Assembly: GCA_000091165.1 (NCBI GenBank)
Contig: FP565575.1
Coordinates: 2,340,001-2,372,000 of the forward strand
Reading direction: 5' to 3'
DNA length: 32,000 bases
From: Candidatus Methylomirabilis oxygeniifera
GTDB taxonomy: Bacteria; Methylomirabilota; Methylomirabilia; Methylomirabilales; Methylomirabilaceae
Both the position numbers and the translations under genes were made by a program. The notes under the pieces are model-generated. The model saw nothing but the letters and a program-made list of their open reading frames with translations, was not told the origin of the DNA and searched no databases. Positions 20,502 to 31,699 of this stretch are shown here, piece after piece (within the stretch, counting starts at the first letter, position 1; every line of letters begins with the position of its first letter).

Positions 20502-22235
20502 TTAGGCGACGTTGGGGCGGGGTTTGTGGGCCCAGGTCAGCAGCGTATTCACGGGCCAGGCATTGATGACGTCGGATTTTTCAACCCAGGCGCGGCGGGC
20601 GACGGCTACGCCGAGGGACATATTGTCGAGCTGATCGAGGACGTGGGTATCGGTACTGATGGCAAGCTTGATCCCCAACTCCTTGGCCCGTCGCGCATGG
20701 TGGTCGTTCAGGTCAAGGCGCGACGGTTGAGCATTGATCTCCAGCGCCTTGTCGTACTGTTTGGCCGCCGCGAAGACCGCCTCCATATCCACGTCGTAGG
20801 GGTCGCGCTCGCCGATCAGACGCCCGGTCGGATGGGCGAAGATGTGGACGTAGGGATTGCTGAGCGCCCTGACGATGCGGGCGGTCATCCCGGCCCGATC
20901 CTGCTTGAAGCGTGAGTGGACGGCGCAGACCACGATGTCAAGCTGGGCCAACACACGGTCGGAGAAGTCCAGGCTCCCGTCGGCCAGGATGTCGCACTCG
21001 CTACCCGCCAGGATTCGGATCGTTGTGTACTTCTTGCTGAGGGCGCGGATCCGGCCGATCTGTTCGAGCAGCTTCTCCTCGGAGAGGCCGCCGGCGACGG
21101 TAGCCGCTCGGGAGTGGTCGGAGACGATGATATACTCGTATCCCTTCCGCTGAGCCGTCTCGATGAGTGTCTCCAGAGAATGATGGCCGTCGGTCCAGTT
21201 GGTGTGGGCGTGTAAATCGCCGCGCAGGTCGGCCAGCGTCAACAGCTCCGGCAGGCGCCCTTCGAGGGCCGCCTCGACCTCGCCGGCGTCTTCCCGAAGC
21301 TCGGGCGGGATGTACGGCAGGCCGATCGTTTCGTAGACCTCCTCCTCGGTGGCACCGGCGATTCGCGTGCCGGTAGCCTCCTTGAAGACGCCATACTCGC
21401 TGACCTTCAGCCCTTTACGGACCGCGAGCTCCCGCACTCGGATGTTGTGGGCTTTGGAGCCGGTGAAGTACTGCAGTGCGGCGCCGAAGCAATCGGGCTC
21501 GACGACCCGGAGGTCTACCTGGATCCCATCCCGATGACGGATGGTTGCCTTGGTCTCACCCTGGAGCAGCACCTCCGCGACCTGCGGGAGGGACGTGAAA
21601 ACCGCCATGACCGTGGCCGGCTTTGTTGACGTGGCCAGGAGGTCAAGGTCTTTAACGGTCTCGCGCATCCGCCGAAGGCTGCCGGCCAGGCTGATCTGTG
21701 TGACCTCGGGGAGCGTCTCAAGGATCCGAACCAGCTCGAGGGCGAGCGGTAGGGCCCGGCCCAACGGCATCCGCTCCCGCCCCGTCTTGACGACCTGGAT
21801 CCCTTTGAGAATATTGTCGACCGTCTTCTGCTTGATCCCAGGCAGGCCAAGCAGCTTCCCTTGGAGGGCGAGGGTCTCCAGCCTCTCGACCGAATCGACC
21901 TGGAGTTGCTGGAAGAGGAGCTTGGTGGTCTTGGGTCCGACGCCCGGAATCGCCATCAGCTCGACCACGCCACGGGGGATCGCCGTGCGCAGCTCTTCCA
22001 GATATTCGATGCGCCCGGTCTCGATCGCCTGTTGGATCTTGGCCGCCAGATCCTTGCCGATCCCCGCGATCTCGGCGAGGCCGCCTCGCGCTGCTACTGC
22101 CTCGATCTCCTCGGTTAAGGATTCCAGGTTCATAGCCGCCCGGCGGTAGGCCCGGATCTTGAAGATGTTTTCGTCCTGGATCTCCAGCAGGTCGGCGATT
22201 TCGTGAAACAGCTTGGCGATGTCGAGGTTGCTCAT
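20502..22235 (-). CDS. polX: DNA polymerase X family protein with C-terminal PHP domain
   Basis: MSNLDIAKLFHEIADLLEIQDENIFKIRAYRRAA (HhH/PolX N-terminus); ADLRGDLHAHTNWTDGHHSLETLI and IIVSDHSRA (PHP). Confidence 0.92.
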   Translation of the reverse strand: MSNLDIAKLFHEIADLLEIQDENIFKIRAYRRAAMNLESLTEEIEAVAARGGLAEIAGIGKDLAAKIQQAIETGRIEYLEELRTAIPRGVVELMAIPGVGPKTTKLLFQQLQVDSVERLETLALQGKLLGLPGIKQKTVDNILKGIQVVKTGRERMPLGRALPLALELVRILETLPEVTQISLAGSLRRMRETVKDLDLLATSTKPATVMAVFTSLPQVAEVLLQGETKATIRHRDGIQVDLRVVEPDCFGAALQYFTGSKAHNIRVRELAVRKGLKVSEYGVFKEATGTRIAGATEEEVYETIGLPYIPPELREDAGEVEAALEGRLPELLTLADLRGDLHAHTNWTDGHHSLETLIETAQRKGYEYIIVSDHSRAATVAGGLSEEKLLEQIGRIRALSKKYTTIRILAGSECDILADGSLDFSDRVLAQLDIVVCAVHSRFKQDRAGMTARIVRALSNPYVHIFAHPTGRLIGERDPYDVDMEAVFAAAKQYDKALEINAQPSRLDLNDHHARRAKELGIKLAISTDTHVLDQLDNMSLGVAVARRAWVEKSDVINAWPVNTLLTWAHKPRPNVA

Positions 22236-22329
22236 GGCGTTGCCGAATCATGCTGGGCGTGAGGTGGGAAGGCTGCCCCGGACACCGATCCGGGGTGCGT
22301 GGTGTGGAGGGTCGTACGCGGGAATCCGA

Positions 22330-23253
22330 TTACGAAGGGACGACCTCAAGCGATCGTTCCGGCTGAAGCAGCGGTCGTGCCCATCGCTCAATCACGCCGC
22401 TACAGACGGAAGCCGGATACTCCAGGTCCAGATGGCGCTGGATCTCCCGTACGAGCCTGGTATGCAGGTGGTGACCGGCGCCGTGAGCAATGATGGTCCC
22501 GACGACAGGCCGGCCAAGGAGATAGAGATCGCCCAGCAGGTCGAGGACCTTATGGCGGACCAGCTCGTCTCTGAATCGGAGATCGCCGTTGAGCACACCT
22601 CCCTCACCGATCACGATCGCATTGTCAAACGACCCGCCCAGGCCCAGGTTGCGACGGCGAAGCTCTTCGATATCCTTCAGGAACCCGTAGGTGCGGCAAG
22701 ACGCAATCTCTCTGGCGAACATCTCCCTGGTGATGTTGAAGGCAGCCGACTGTTCTCCCAGGAGCGGGTGGTCGAAGCGCATCGTATAGATAACCTGAAG
22801 ACGCTTTGAAGGAACGATCTGAATGCTCGATCGCTCGGTTTCGACAACCAGACGCTCTTTAATCTTGAGATACGTCCTGGCGACCATCTGTCGTTTGAGG
22901 CCTGCTTTCCTGATCAACTCGACAAACGGCGCAGCGCTGCCATCCATGGCGGGAACCTCTTCGCCGTCGAGTTCTACCAGGACATTATCCAACCCCGTCC
23001 CCGCAAACGCCGCCATCAGGTGTTCGATGGTCCTCACCTTCATACCATCCTTGCCGATGGTGGTCGCATGATGGACATCGACAATGTGGGCGGGCTTGGC
23101 CTCGATCGTTGGGGCGAAGGGAAGATCGATGCGCTTAAATACGACGCCGGAGTTCGCCGGAGCGGGACGGAGAGCCATCTTGACCGACTGGCCGGTATGA
23201 ATCCCTGTTCCTTTACAGGTGGCTAGCGTCTGAAGCGTTCGCTGATGGCTCAC
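22330..23253 (-). CDS. lpxC: UDP-3-O-acyl-N-acetylglucosamine deacetylase
   Basis: QRTLQTLATCKGTGIHTGQSVKMALRPAPANSGVVFKRID...RTIEHLMAAFAGTGLDN...ELDGEEVPAMDGSAAPF. Confidence 0.95.
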   Translation of the reverse strand: MSHQRTLQTLATCKGTGIHTGQSVKMALRPAPANSGVVFKRIDLPFAPTIEAKPAHIVDVHHATTIGKDGMKVRTIEHLMAAFAGTGLDNVLVELDGEEVPAMDGSAAPFVELIRKAGLKRQMVARTYLKIKERLVVETERSSIQIVPSKRLQVIYTMRFDHPLLGEQSAAFNITREMFAREIASCRTYGFLKDIEELRRRNLGLGGSFDNAIVIGEGGVLNGDLRFRDELVRHKVLDLLGDLYLLGRPVVGTIIAHGAGHHLHTRLVREIQRHLDLEYPASVCSGVIERWARPLLQPERSLEVVPS

Positions 23254-23374
23254 AATGATCTCCTCATCAGACCTGTTCTGTCTGAGCTAATTCCCACTCC
23301 CGCACACGCGAAATAACAAAGATTGTACTCGAAGACTCCGATTTTCGCAAGTCGTGCAGCAGCAGCGGTTATTG

Positions 23375-23872
23375 TCACCTTGATGCCCACCGTTGAAAGA
23401 GTCGCTGAACGGCATCACAACAGGGCAGGTCTCTGAGAGGACTCAGCAGGGTGGCCATACCTGCCTCAACCGCAGGTGACACTGCCGGGATCCTTTGCCT
23501 CCTGCGATAAGAGGGTTGTGGGGTAGCATACTGGCGGGGTCGGCCGATTCTCAGCGCAATCTCGTCCACCGCCGGCTCGCCGACCTCTTTGTTCAGGATT
23601 GTTTTCAACTGGTGGCGCAACATGTGGAGCTCATGCATCCAGATGGGATCCTCGACGCAGAGGTATAGGCAACCGTTCCTGAAATCCTCGACGCTCGCCC
23701 GCTCCTTGATTCGACCGGCTATAGCCCGATCCCAGGCCCGAAGGAGCGCAAGGTGACGGACAACCCGGCCGAAACCCAGCCCTTGCAGGCTGCTCTCAAG
23801 GATGTCCGCACATCTGGCGGGGGTAGTTTGGATGTTCCTGTGTGCGGACCTGGCGGCCTTCACCCGGCACAC
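23375..23872 (-). CDS. DUF721 (DciA-like) domain protein
   Basis: AWDRAIAGRIKERASVEDFRNGCLYLCVEDPIWMHELHMLRHQLKTILNKEVGEPAVDEIALRIG. Confidence 0.75.
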   Translation of the reverse strand: MCRVKAARSAHRNIQTTPARCADILESSLQGLGFGRVVRHLALLRAWDRAIAGRIKERASVEDFRNGCLYLCVEDPIWMHELHMLRHQLKTILNKEVGEPAVDEIALRIGRPRQYATPQPSYRRRQRIPAVSPAVEAGMATLLSPLRDLPCCDAVQRLFQRWASR

Positions 23873-23908
23873 TCCACTGTTGACGCCATATTTACCGTCC
23901 GCTCACAA

Positions 23909-24427
23909 TTATCCCTCGCCGCGAGAGACTCCGGATAAGGCTTCATTGATCGCGCGGTTCGCGAGTGCGTCCGCCTGACGGTTCAGCTCACGACCGATAT
24001 GCTCAACCGATAGCCGACAGCTTGCCGTCGATAGCTGATGCATGAGGTTGAGCGCTTGCGTGTACAACTCGGCGAGACGCGGGCTTTTGACCCGATACCT
24101 GCCCTGAACCTGTCTAACCAATAGTTCGGAGTCGGATCGAATCTTGACGACAGCGGGCTGAAGCTTTTCGGCCTCCCTCAGCGACAAAAGGAGCGCTTTA
24201 TATTCAGCCACGTTGTTGGTCGCCTTGCCGATGTATTGGTAGAAGGTCCGGCGCAACAGCCCATCCTCTGCCTCCAGCATCACGCCGATCCCGGCCGGTC
24301 CCGGATTTCCGCGAGCGGCTCCGTCGATGTGAATGACCAAGTGCAGCCCTGGCGGGGCCTGGCCGGTGTCCAGCTCCTCCGCGCCCTGCACCGTCGCTAC
24401 TCCTTCCAATAGAGAATCCGACCGCAT
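23909..24427 (-). CDS. RNase HI-like protein
   Basis: LVIHIDGAARGNPGPAGIGVMLE...NNVAEYKALLLSLREA...KIRSDSELLVRQVQGRYRVK...VEHIGRELNRQADALANRAINEA. Confidence 0.9.
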   Translation of the reverse strand: MRSDSLLEGVATVQGAEELDTGQAPPGLHLVIHIDGAARGNPGPAGIGVMLEAEDGLLRRTFYQYIGKATNNVAEYKALLLSLREAEKLQPAVVKIRSDSELLVRQVQGRYRVKSPRLAELYTQALNLMHQLSTASCRLSVEHIGRELNRQADALANRAINEALSGVSRGEG

Positions 24428-25113
24428 CCTTCGCAGGTGCGAATCGCCTCATTCCGGCGAATCTCTAAGTACAACTGAGGCGTGAGGGTGACGTGGCATC
24501 CTTCGCAGGAACGGCCCGTTGCATTCGCTACCGCCAGGCCATCCCGACTCTTCAGGAGTCGCAGGTATAACTGCAACAGCGATGCCTCGACGCCCCCCGA
24601 CCGGCCTTCCCGGGTCTTCCGTACTATCGCCAGGCGACTTTGTAGTTTATGCAACTCGCCTTCCCGCTCCTGTTTATTCTTCAGGAACTCCGCCTGCGTG
24701 ACCCGGACCTTCTCCTCCTCCTGAACCTGAATCTTTACAGCGCCATCGATCGCATCGAGGGTAACAAGGACCTCTTCCTCCAACAACGAAATCTTCTGCT
24801 TCAGTCCCTCGACCTCCTTCAGGGTGGCGGTGTATTCCTGGTTCGTCTTGATCTCAAATAAACGTCCCTGTCGCTTTTTCAGCTCTCTGCCGGATTCATC
24901 CAGATCGCGCTCCTTCTGGCGGCGAAGCTTTTGGAGTGTGTCCACCTCAGCGGTAGTCGCCTCCAGGGCTGCTTTGGCACGGACCAATTGCTGCTCCATC
25001 ATTCGGATCTGGTCGGGGATGGCGGCGATAGCTCCCTCGAGTACAAAGATTTCGGCATCGAGCCCCTGTAGTTGGACGAGCTGCTCTAAGTCCTGAAGCA
25101 CGCTTTCCTCCAC
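24397..25113 (-). CDS. coiled-coil protein with C-terminal C4 zinc ribbon
   Basis: Long heptad-like region ending CEGCHVTLTPQLYLEIRRNEAIRTCEGCGRILYW. Confidence 0.85.
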   Translation of the reverse strand: MEESVLQDLEQLVQLQGLDAEIFVLEGAIAAIPDQIRMMEQQLVRAKAALEATTAEVDTLQKLRRQKERDLDESGRELKKRQGRLFEIKTNQEYTATLKEVEGLKQKISLLEEEVLVTLDAIDGAVKIQVQEEEKVRVTQAEFLKNKQEREGELHKLQSRLAIVRKTREGRSGGVEASLLQLYLRLLKSRDGLAVANATGRSCEGCHVTLTPQLYLEIRRNEAIRTCEGCGRILYWKE

Positions 25114-25217
25114 TATGATCAGCTAACAGCTTTTCGCTGAGTGCTAAGTCGATCGAGTCTATTGAGTCGACGTGATCGACTCAATAACCCAACAGACCCA
25201 ATGGATCGCTGCTTACG

Positions 25218-25294
25218 TGGTGGGCCCACCTGGACTCGAACCAGGGACGACCCGGTTATGAGCCGGGGGCTCTAACCAACTGAGCTATGGGCCC
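25218..25294 (-). tRNA. tRNA with CAU anticodon (Ile2 or elongator Met)
   Basis: Minus strand GGGCCCATAGCTCAGTTGGTTAGAGCCCCCGGCTCATAACCGGGTCGTCCCTGGTTCGAGTCCAGGTGGGCCCACCA: 7-bp acceptor, anticodon loop CTCATAA, T-arm and encoded CCA. Confidence 0.95.
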
Positions 25295-25351
25295 AAACGA
25301 GCGATCAGCCGTCAGCTCGATAGCGGCTGAGTGCTGAGCGCTGAGTGCCGC

Positions 25352-27337
25352 CTAAGATTCCACAAAGCTCTTGAGCTTCCTGCTCCGAGTGGGATGCCGG
25401 AGCTTCCGCAGCGCCTTGGCCTCAATCTGTCTGATCCGCTCGCGGGTGACATCAAACTGCTGGCCGACTTCCTCCAAGGTATGATCTCGCCCGTCCCCGA
25501 GCCCGAAACGGAGCTTCAGGATCTTTTGCTCCCGTTCCGTCAGCGTCTCGAGCACCTGCTCGGTCTGACCGCTCAAGTTCATACCGATGACGGCTTCGAT
25601 TGGGGAGATGACGCCTTTATCCTCGATGAAGTCACCGAGATGGGATCCTTCCTCCTCTCCAATAGGTGTTTCCAGGGAGATCGGTTCCTGGGCGATCTTC
25701 AGGACTTTCCTGACCTTATCCACCGGCAGATCGATCTTCTGGGCGATCTCCTCCGGTGTCGGCTCCCGGCCGAATTCCTGAACCAGATACCGGGAGGCGC
25801 GGGTCAGCTTGTTGATGGTCTCGATCATGTGAACAGGGATCCGGATAGTGCGGGCCTGATCGGCAATCGCTCGCGTGATGGCCTGGCGAACCCACCACGT
25901 GGCATACGTGCTGAACTTATATCCTCGCTGATACTCAAACTTGTCGACTGCCCGCATCAGGCCGATGTTCCCCTCCTGAATCAGGTCAAGGAACTGGAGG
26001 CCGCGATTGGTATATTTCTTTGCGATACTGATCACCAGACGGAGGTTGGCCTCCACCATCTCCTTCTTCGCCAGGTGCGCCTTTCGCTCGCCGGTGGTAA
26101 TGGCATGAAGCAAGGACCGCAACTCCTTGCCGGAGGCATCAGCTTCTTCTTCGACCCTTCGGATCTTCCGCTGGATCGCCGCGACGGCGTGCTCACATTC
26201 ATCCAGTCCCTTCCGGTCGAGCCCCGTCCGGCGGAGAATGCCTCGTATGGCGGTCGTCTTGCCCCGGCCGTTGCCGGCAATGATCCTGATATCCTCCATA
26301 GACAGGTGGTGGACTCGCGCCACCTCACGAAGCTCTTGCTCGCCCTGTTCAATCCGTTCCAGAAGATTGCGAATCCTGGCCACCACCCGGTCAATAACCC
26401 GCTGGTTCACATGAAGCTTGCGAATCAGAGTGGCCTGCGCTGCTTTGCGGTGCGCCAACTCATCCAAGATCCGCTGCTGCCACCGCTCGCTCAGGCGGCC
26501 GACCCCACGCTGGTAACGGCGTCGGAGGCTGTCGATCTTCACCTGCTCATCGCGGAGGGCTTCCAGGGTCGGGGTGTGTTCGGCCAGTAACTCGCGCTCT
26601 TTTTGCTCGGAGATCTCGTCAAACTCATTGAGCGAGAGCAGCTCATAAATACGAGCTTTCTCGTGCAACAGTCGTTCTCCGATTTCGGTAATCTCTCGAA
26701 CCGCGACTCCTGCCTGACAGACGGCTTCAGCGACCTCTTTGTGGCCGTCTTCGATCCGTTTCGCAATCTGAATCTCGCCCTCACGAGTCAGCAGCGGGGT
26801 TTTCCCCATCTCCCGCAGATACATCCGAACGGGATCGTCGGTCCTGCCGACGGACGATGGAATCAGCTCCGGCTCCACCTCGGCGCCCTCTTCTTCCTGC
26901 TGGGGCGCGGGTGATCTGGTTGTCTTGGTTCGCTCCGCCTCATCGACAACCTCGATATCCATCTCATCGAACAGGTTGAGGATCTTGTCGATCTGGTCGC
27001 CGGAGGTGACCTCTTCCGGGAGAAAGCTGTTCACTTCATCATAGGTCAGGTAGCCCTTTTTCCGTCCCAGTGACACCAGCGGCTTGATCCCCTCTTTGAG
27101 AGCGGCCGAGACGACCGTCGTCGGTTTCTTGGCGCTTTTCGAGCCTGCATTGCTGCGAGCGCCCTTTGCCGCTGAGGTCGCCGGAGCCGCCTCTGTCTTA
27201 TCCTGTGTACTCAAGGCCGCCCGCTTATGAGCCGCTTGAAGAGGACGCGACGTCTGACGAGGCGTTCTCCATCGAGTAGCCTTTGACGGTCGTCTTGGCT
27301 TATGCGCATTTGCCATGCTGTCTCCCTTTTCTACCAA
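25352..27337 (-). CDS. rpoD: RNA polymerase primary sigma factor (start possibly 27316)
   Basis: [29 protein letters not shown]...[65 protein letters not shown]...TREQREIQI-type region 4. Confidence 0.97.
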   Translation of the reverse strand: MVEKGDSMANAHKPRRPSKATRWRTPRQTSRPLQAAHKRAALSTQDKTEAAPATSAAKGARSNAGSKSAKKPTTVVSAALKEGIKPLVSLGRKKGYLTYDEVNSFLPEEVTSGDQIDKILNLFDEMDIEVVDEAERTKTTRSPAPQQEEEGAEVEPELIPSSVGRTDDPVRMYLREMGKTPLLTREGEIQIAKRIEDGHKEVAEAVCQAGVAVREITEIGERLLHEKARIYELLSLNEFDEISEQKERELLAEHTPTLEALRDEQVKIDSLRRRYQRGVGRLSERWQQRILDELAHRKAAQATLIRKLHVNQRVIDRVVARIRNLLERIEQGEQELREVARVHHLSMEDIRIIAGNGRGKTTAIRGILRRTGLDRKGLDECEHAVAAIQRKIRRVEEEADASGKELRSLLHAITTGERKAHLAKKEMVEANLRLVISIAKKYTNRGLQFLDLIQEGNIGLMRAVDKFEYQRGYKFSTYATWWVRQAITRAIADQARTIRIPVHMIETINKLTRASRYLVQEFGREPTPEEIAQKIDLPVDKVRKVLKIAQEPISLETPIGEEEGSHLGDFIEDKGVISPIEAVIGMNLSGQTEQVLETLTEREQKILKLRFGLGDGRDHTLEEVGQQFDVTRERIRQIEAKALRKLRHPTRSRKLKSFVES

Positions 27338-27388
27338 GCTATCAGCTTTCAGCGATCAGCGTTCAGGCATCGGTGATGATGCAGTGGG

Positions 27389-29233
27389 CTATCTCGCAGT
27401 TCCATGATACTGTGTGGACGCAAGAGGCGGCCGGTTGCGATTGAGCGCGAGAAACTCGGCCTGCAGGTGCGCAACCATCGCATGATCACCCGCTCGTTCG
27501 GCCGCTTCCATCTGTCGCCGGAGTTCTTCACCCTTTTTACGCTCGCGCCTGGCTGTGAGGCGCGCAAGGCAATCAGAGAGGGCCCGCTCGACTGCCTCCT
27601 CCCCGTCGTATTCCGCGAGATCTGTTGCCAGCAACTGTGTGAGTATCCGCTGTGCCTCCGGTTCTATGGCGGCCAGGGGTGTTGCGCCACGGCCCGTCTC
27701 CTGGCCAACGACGGCATATTGAAAGATCCTGCGAAGCGAGCGATCTTCCAACTCCTCCGGCCGTACCCTCTTTCGCACACGATCGGCCGCGCCGGGATGG
27801 TGGAGCGCCAGGTGGAGAAGCTTCCACTCGATAGAGGGCAACCCTCTGGGTTGCAGCGTCAGCGGTATGGTGTCCCGTTTGCGACCTCTCACCTGGCGGT
27901 TGAGTTCGCGGACGATGGCGTCATTGGAGAGTGACACCCGACGCGCCAACTTGTCCGCATAGTGCTGCCTCGTCACCTCATTGCCGACGGCACCCAAAAG
28001 GGGCAGCACGGCATTCACCGCTTCAGCCTGGCCTTCAGGGCTGGTCAGATCGAACCCCGAAACCTTTCGATCGAGCAGAAACTCCATCAGATCCTTCGAC
28101 TGCGCGAGCGCCTCGGCGAAGGCTGATGGGCCGCGCTCCCGCAGAAACCGATCAGGATCTTCTCCGTCAGGAAGCAGGATCACCCGCCAGTCCAGCCCGC
28201 TGTTGAGTAGGCTCTCGACACAACGCCTCGCGGCGGCGATTCCCGCCGGGTCAGGATCGAACACCAGGAACGCCCGTGTCGTATGCCGGTGGAGCAAGGT
28301 GATCTGTTGAGCTGTCAGCGCCGTGCCCAGAACCGCCACGGTATGCTGGACACCGGACGCGTGCAGGGCGATCAGGTCGAAATACCCTTCCACGACAACA
28401 GCCGACCCTCGATCGCGAATGGCGGAGGCCGCCAGGTGCAGGCCGAAGAGGTGCGCTCCCTTCTTGTAGATAGCGGTCTCCGGGGAGTTCAGATATTTCG
28501 GCGCCGAATCGTCCATGACGCGGCCACCGAAGGCGATCACTTGACCCGACGAATCACAGATCGGGATCATCAATCGGTTTCTGAAACGATCGTAAGCCCC
28601 GCTCCCATCCTTGCGCAGCAGCGCCAGCCCCGCCTCTTCCACCTGCTGCTTGGAGAAGCCCCTGCGCAGTAGATGGCGAAGAAGCCCGTCCCAGGACGCT
28701 GTGGCGTACCCGAGTCCGAACTGCTCGACTACCGTATCCGGAATCCCGCGGCTCCTCAGATACGCGCGGGCCGTTGTCCCGACCGTCTGATGCTGAAGCT
28801 GGTGGCGAAAGAATTCCGCCGCGACCTTGTGAATCTCGAGTAGCCCATGACGCGCGTGCTCGTTCTGTCCTGTCCCGCTCCCGGCATGTGTGCGAGATTG
28901 AGCCGGCAGGCTGATCCCGGCTCGGTCGGCCAGCGACCGGATCGCTTCCGGGAAGCTCAAGTGTTCCTGCTTCATCAGGAAACCGATCGCATCCCCGCCC
29001 TCTCCGCAGCCAAAACAGTGAAAGATCTGACGCTCCGGGTTGACAGTGAAGGAAGGTGTCTTTTCATTATGGAAGGGACACAGGGCCTTGAAGTAGCGTC
29101 CGGCAGGCTTCAGCGGAAGGTATCTGCCGATAAGCTGCACGATATCGGTGCCGGCCAGCACCCGGGAGACCGCCTCCTCCGCGATCACTGTCCGCTCATC
29201 CTTTTCATGCCGCTCCGCCCATGGACACGCCAT
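27389..29233 (-). CDS. dnaG: DNA primase
   Basis: CPFHNEKTPSFTVNPERQIFHCFGCGEGGDAIGF zinc finger; VVEGYFDLIALHASG toprim motif. Confidence 0.97.
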   Translation of the reverse strand: MACPWAERHEKDERTVIAEEAVSRVLAGTDIVQLIGRYLPLKPAGRYFKALCPFHNEKTPSFTVNPERQIFHCFGCGEGGDAIGFLMKQEHLSFPEAIRSLADRAGISLPAQSRTHAGSGTGQNEHARHGLLEIHKVAAEFFRHQLQHQTVGTTARAYLRSRGIPDTVVEQFGLGYATASWDGLLRHLLRRGFSKQQVEEAGLALLRKDGSGAYDRFRNRLMIPICDSSGQVIAFGGRVMDDSAPKYLNSPETAIYKKGAHLFGLHLAASAIRDRGSAVVVEGYFDLIALHASGVQHTVAVLGTALTAQQITLLHRHTTRAFLVFDPDPAGIAAARRCVESLLNSGLDWRVILLPDGEDPDRFLRERGPSAFAEALAQSKDLMEFLLDRKVSGFDLTSPEGQAEAVNAVLPLLGAVGNEVTRQHYADKLARRVSLSNDAIVRELNRQVRGRKRDTIPLTLQPRGLPSIEWKLLHLALHHPGAADRVRKRVRPEELEDRSLRRIFQYAVVGQETGRGATPLAAIEPEAQRILTQLLATDLAEYDGEEAVERALSDCLARLTARRERKKGEELRRQMEAAERAGDHAMVAHLQAEFLALNRNRPPLASTQYHGTAR

Positions 29234-31619
29234 GGGGATATAACTCTACAATGGTGGCGCCGATCCCCCCCTCCAGATAGTCGGCCACGCGAAAGCTCTC
29301 GACCAGCGGGTGATCCACAAGAAGCCCCGTCACCGTTTTTCTGAGGATGCCTGAGCCCTTTCCATGAATGATTCGAACGGTGGGAAGTCCGACGATGAAC
29401 GCGTCTCCGACATACTGGTCAAGACGCCGAGCCGCTTCAGCCGCATCGCATCCGATCAGGTTCAGTTCGCCCTTCACGTCATCCGTTGTCCTGGCCAGCC
29501 GGATCGGCCTGCTCGTTTCACCCTGAGGGGGATCGCCCTGGATTATCACCGCTTCCAGAGGGACTCTCATCTTCCCGATGGGAAGCCGGATTTCTACGGT
29601 CCCGGAAGATGAGGGCTTTCCGATCACCGTTCCGCGCTGTCCAAGCCCCCTGATCACAACCTCCTGCCCATCGCGTATCGACGCCGCATCCACGCTGCAT
29701 GCCGCGTGATCAGAACCGGTCACATCGCTGAGCCTGGCCTTTGTCTGCCGCTCCACGTCGATGAGTCGCCGGCGCACCTGCTGTGCCGACCGCCCACGCG
29801 ATTGCGCCAACCTGAACTCCCGAAGGAGTCGTTCGACCTCGATTCGAGCGTCAGCGACAGCTCCCTCGGTCTGCTGACAGGCCAAGCGATACAACTGCTC
29901 GGCCTCAACCCTCGCCGCGTCTCGTCGCGTCTCGGCCTCCGCCCGCGCCCTGGCTGTCTCGGCAACCTCGCGGGCCAGCACCTCACGCTCTATGGTGAGA
30001 CGCGCCTGCTCGTCCTCCAACCGATCCAGCAGCAGCCGTAACGGATCGCGCCCTTCGCCGAGTAGCCGCTCAGCCTGTTGAATGACGCGTAGAGGCAACC
30101 CAACCCGAGAGGCAATCGCCAAGCCATGGCTGCGACCGGAAAGCCCAATTAATAATTTATACAGCGGTCTCAGGGTGTCAAGATCGAACTCCACGCAGCC
30201 GTTTTCGATTCGAGGGTGCGAATAGGCATAGGCCTTGATGGCGTCCAGGTGCGTTGTCGCCACGACCAGCGCGCCACGCTCCAGCAGCGCGTCAAGAATG
30301 GCGATTCCCAAGCATGCCCCTTCGACCGGGTCGGTGCCGGCGCCAAGCTCATCGAGCAATACCAGGGTTCCGGGTTGCGCCGCGTCGAGGATGCGCCGAA
30401 TCTGACCGATATGGGAGGAAAAGGTGCTCAGACTTTGCTCGATACTCTGTTCATCTCCGATATCCGCCAGGACGCCGCTGAAAAAGGGGACCTCGGAGTC
30501 CGGAGAGGCCGGCAGATGTAGGCCGGCCTGCGCCATCAGGGAGAGCAGGCCGGCAGTCTTCAAGGCGACCGTCTTGCCGCCGGTATTCGGTCCGGTGATG
30601 AGCAGCGCGTCAAAGCTATCGCCCAGACGCAGGTCGATCGGGATGGTTCGGTGTATCCCGGCCGCGTCGATCCGCTCCAGTAAGAGCGGGTGGCCGGCCT
30701 CCCGCAGCAGCAGCGGACCAGCCTCCTTCAAGGCGACGGGGGCGCAGTGCAGCGTATCGGCAAATCGGGCAGCGGCACATCGGACGTCCAGCTCGGCCGC
30801 GAGAAGCATCGTTGAGAGCACCGCATCGGCTGTTGCACGGAGAGTAGCGGTCAGCGCGGCCAGCACCCTTCTGATCTCCTCCTCTTCAGACCGCTGCAAC
30901 AACCGCAACTGATTATTAAGCTCGACAACCTCCTGGGGCTCCAGGAAGATGGTGACACCGCTGATGGACCGGTCCTGGACCACACCTTTCAGAACGGTCC
31001 GATAGTTCGGTTTGACGGGGATCACGTACCGGTCGTTTCGAAGTGTCACAAGCGATTCAGTGATATAGGGCTGGAGGGTAGGAGTCATCAACAGGGACTG
31101 CAATCGCGCATGGATCAGGTTGCGGAGCTGATGGAGACCAATCCGAAGCTGGTTGAGTCGTTGGCTGGCGGTATCCTTCACCTCTCCATCGGCTTCGATC
31201 GTTGCGTGAATCTCCCCTATCAGGTCGGTATGATCATCCAGCCGGGAGACGATCGCATGAAGCCGTGGACACCGCTCCCTGGAGCGGACGATGGTGTGGC
31301 GGATCGCCGCCGCCGTTTCCAGTGATGTGACGATCCTGACGAAATCGATTGCCGCGAGTACGGCCCCTTCTGGTCGAGATCGTTGAACCGACTCTCTGAT
31401 GTCATGCAGTTGGTCAAACGGCAGTGCGACTTCCCTGGCCAGCAGCACCCGGAACTCCTCAATCTCGTTCCGGACCTTCTGTGCGTCCTCAAGCGTGGGC
31501 AGGGGATGAATCGCGTGCGCCAACTCTCTTCCAAGCGGCGATCCGGCCCGGGCGGCCACTCTCGCCTGGATGGCAGGCCATTCCAGGACCTCGAGGGTGT
31601 GCTGGTCGATCCGATTCAT
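29205..31619 (-). CDS. mutS2: MutS2 family protein with C-terminal Smr domain (likely start MNRIDQHTLEVLEWPAI at 31619)
   Basis: LLITGPNTGGKTVALKTAGLLSLMAQAG; LDELGAGTDPVEGACLGIAILD; C-terminal VRIIHGKGSGILR. The track start at 31757 reads through non-coding sequence. Confidence 0.93.
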   Translation of the reverse strand: MNRIDQHTLEVLEWPAIQARVAARAGSPLGRELAHAIHPLPTLEDAQKVRNEIEEFRVLLAREVALPFDQLHDIRESVQRSRPEGAVLAAIDFVRIVTSLETAAAIRHTIVRSRERCPRLHAIVSRLDDHTDLIGEIHATIEADGEVKDTASQRLNQLRIGLHQLRNLIHARLQSLLMTPTLQPYITESLVTLRNDRYVIPVKPNYRTVLKGVVQDRSISGVTIFLEPQEVVELNNQLRLLQRSEEEEIRRVLAALTATLRATADAVLSTMLLAAELDVRCAAARFADTLHCAPVALKEAGPLLLREAGHPLLLERIDAAGIHRTIPIDLRLGDSFDALLITGPNTGGKTVALKTAGLLSLMAQAGLHLPASPDSEVPFFSGVLADIGDEQSIEQSLSTFSSHIGQIRRILDAAQPGTLVLLDELGAGTDPVEGACLGIAILDALLERGALVVATTHLDAIKAYAYSHPRIENGCVEFDLDTLRPLYKLLIGLSGRSHGLAIASRVGLPLRVIQQAERLLGEGRDPLRLLLDRLEDEQARLTIEREVLAREVAETARARAEAETRRDAARVEAEQLYRLACQQTEGAVADARIEVERLLREFRLAQSRGRSAQQVRRRLIDVERQTKARLSDVTGSDHAACSVDAASIRDGQEVVIRGLGQRGTVIGKPSSSGTVEIRLPIGKMRVPLEAVIIQGDPPQGETSRPIRLARTTDDVKGELNLIGCDAAEAARRLDQYVGDAFIVGLPTVRIIHGKGSGILRKTVTGLLVDHPLVESFRVADYLEGGIGATIVELYPHGVSMGGAA

Positions 31620-31673
31620 CTGATACAAGGGCCTCCGAATACCATGGTACGGTGCGGACACGCTATAAACGCA

Positions 31674-31699
31674 CAGGGGACTCGGTTTCGAGTCCCCTG
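31674..31699. other. perfect 11-bp stem hairpin, possibly a tRNA 3'-half relic or structured element
   Basis: CAGGGGACTCG-GTTT-CGAGTCCCCTG followed by AACGGCCCACC. Confidence 0.6.

Noticed and set aside
20364-25096. Plus-strand ORFs over the polX-lpxC-zinc ribbon region
   Set aside because: They are antisense to well-supported conserved genes and lack recognisable domains.
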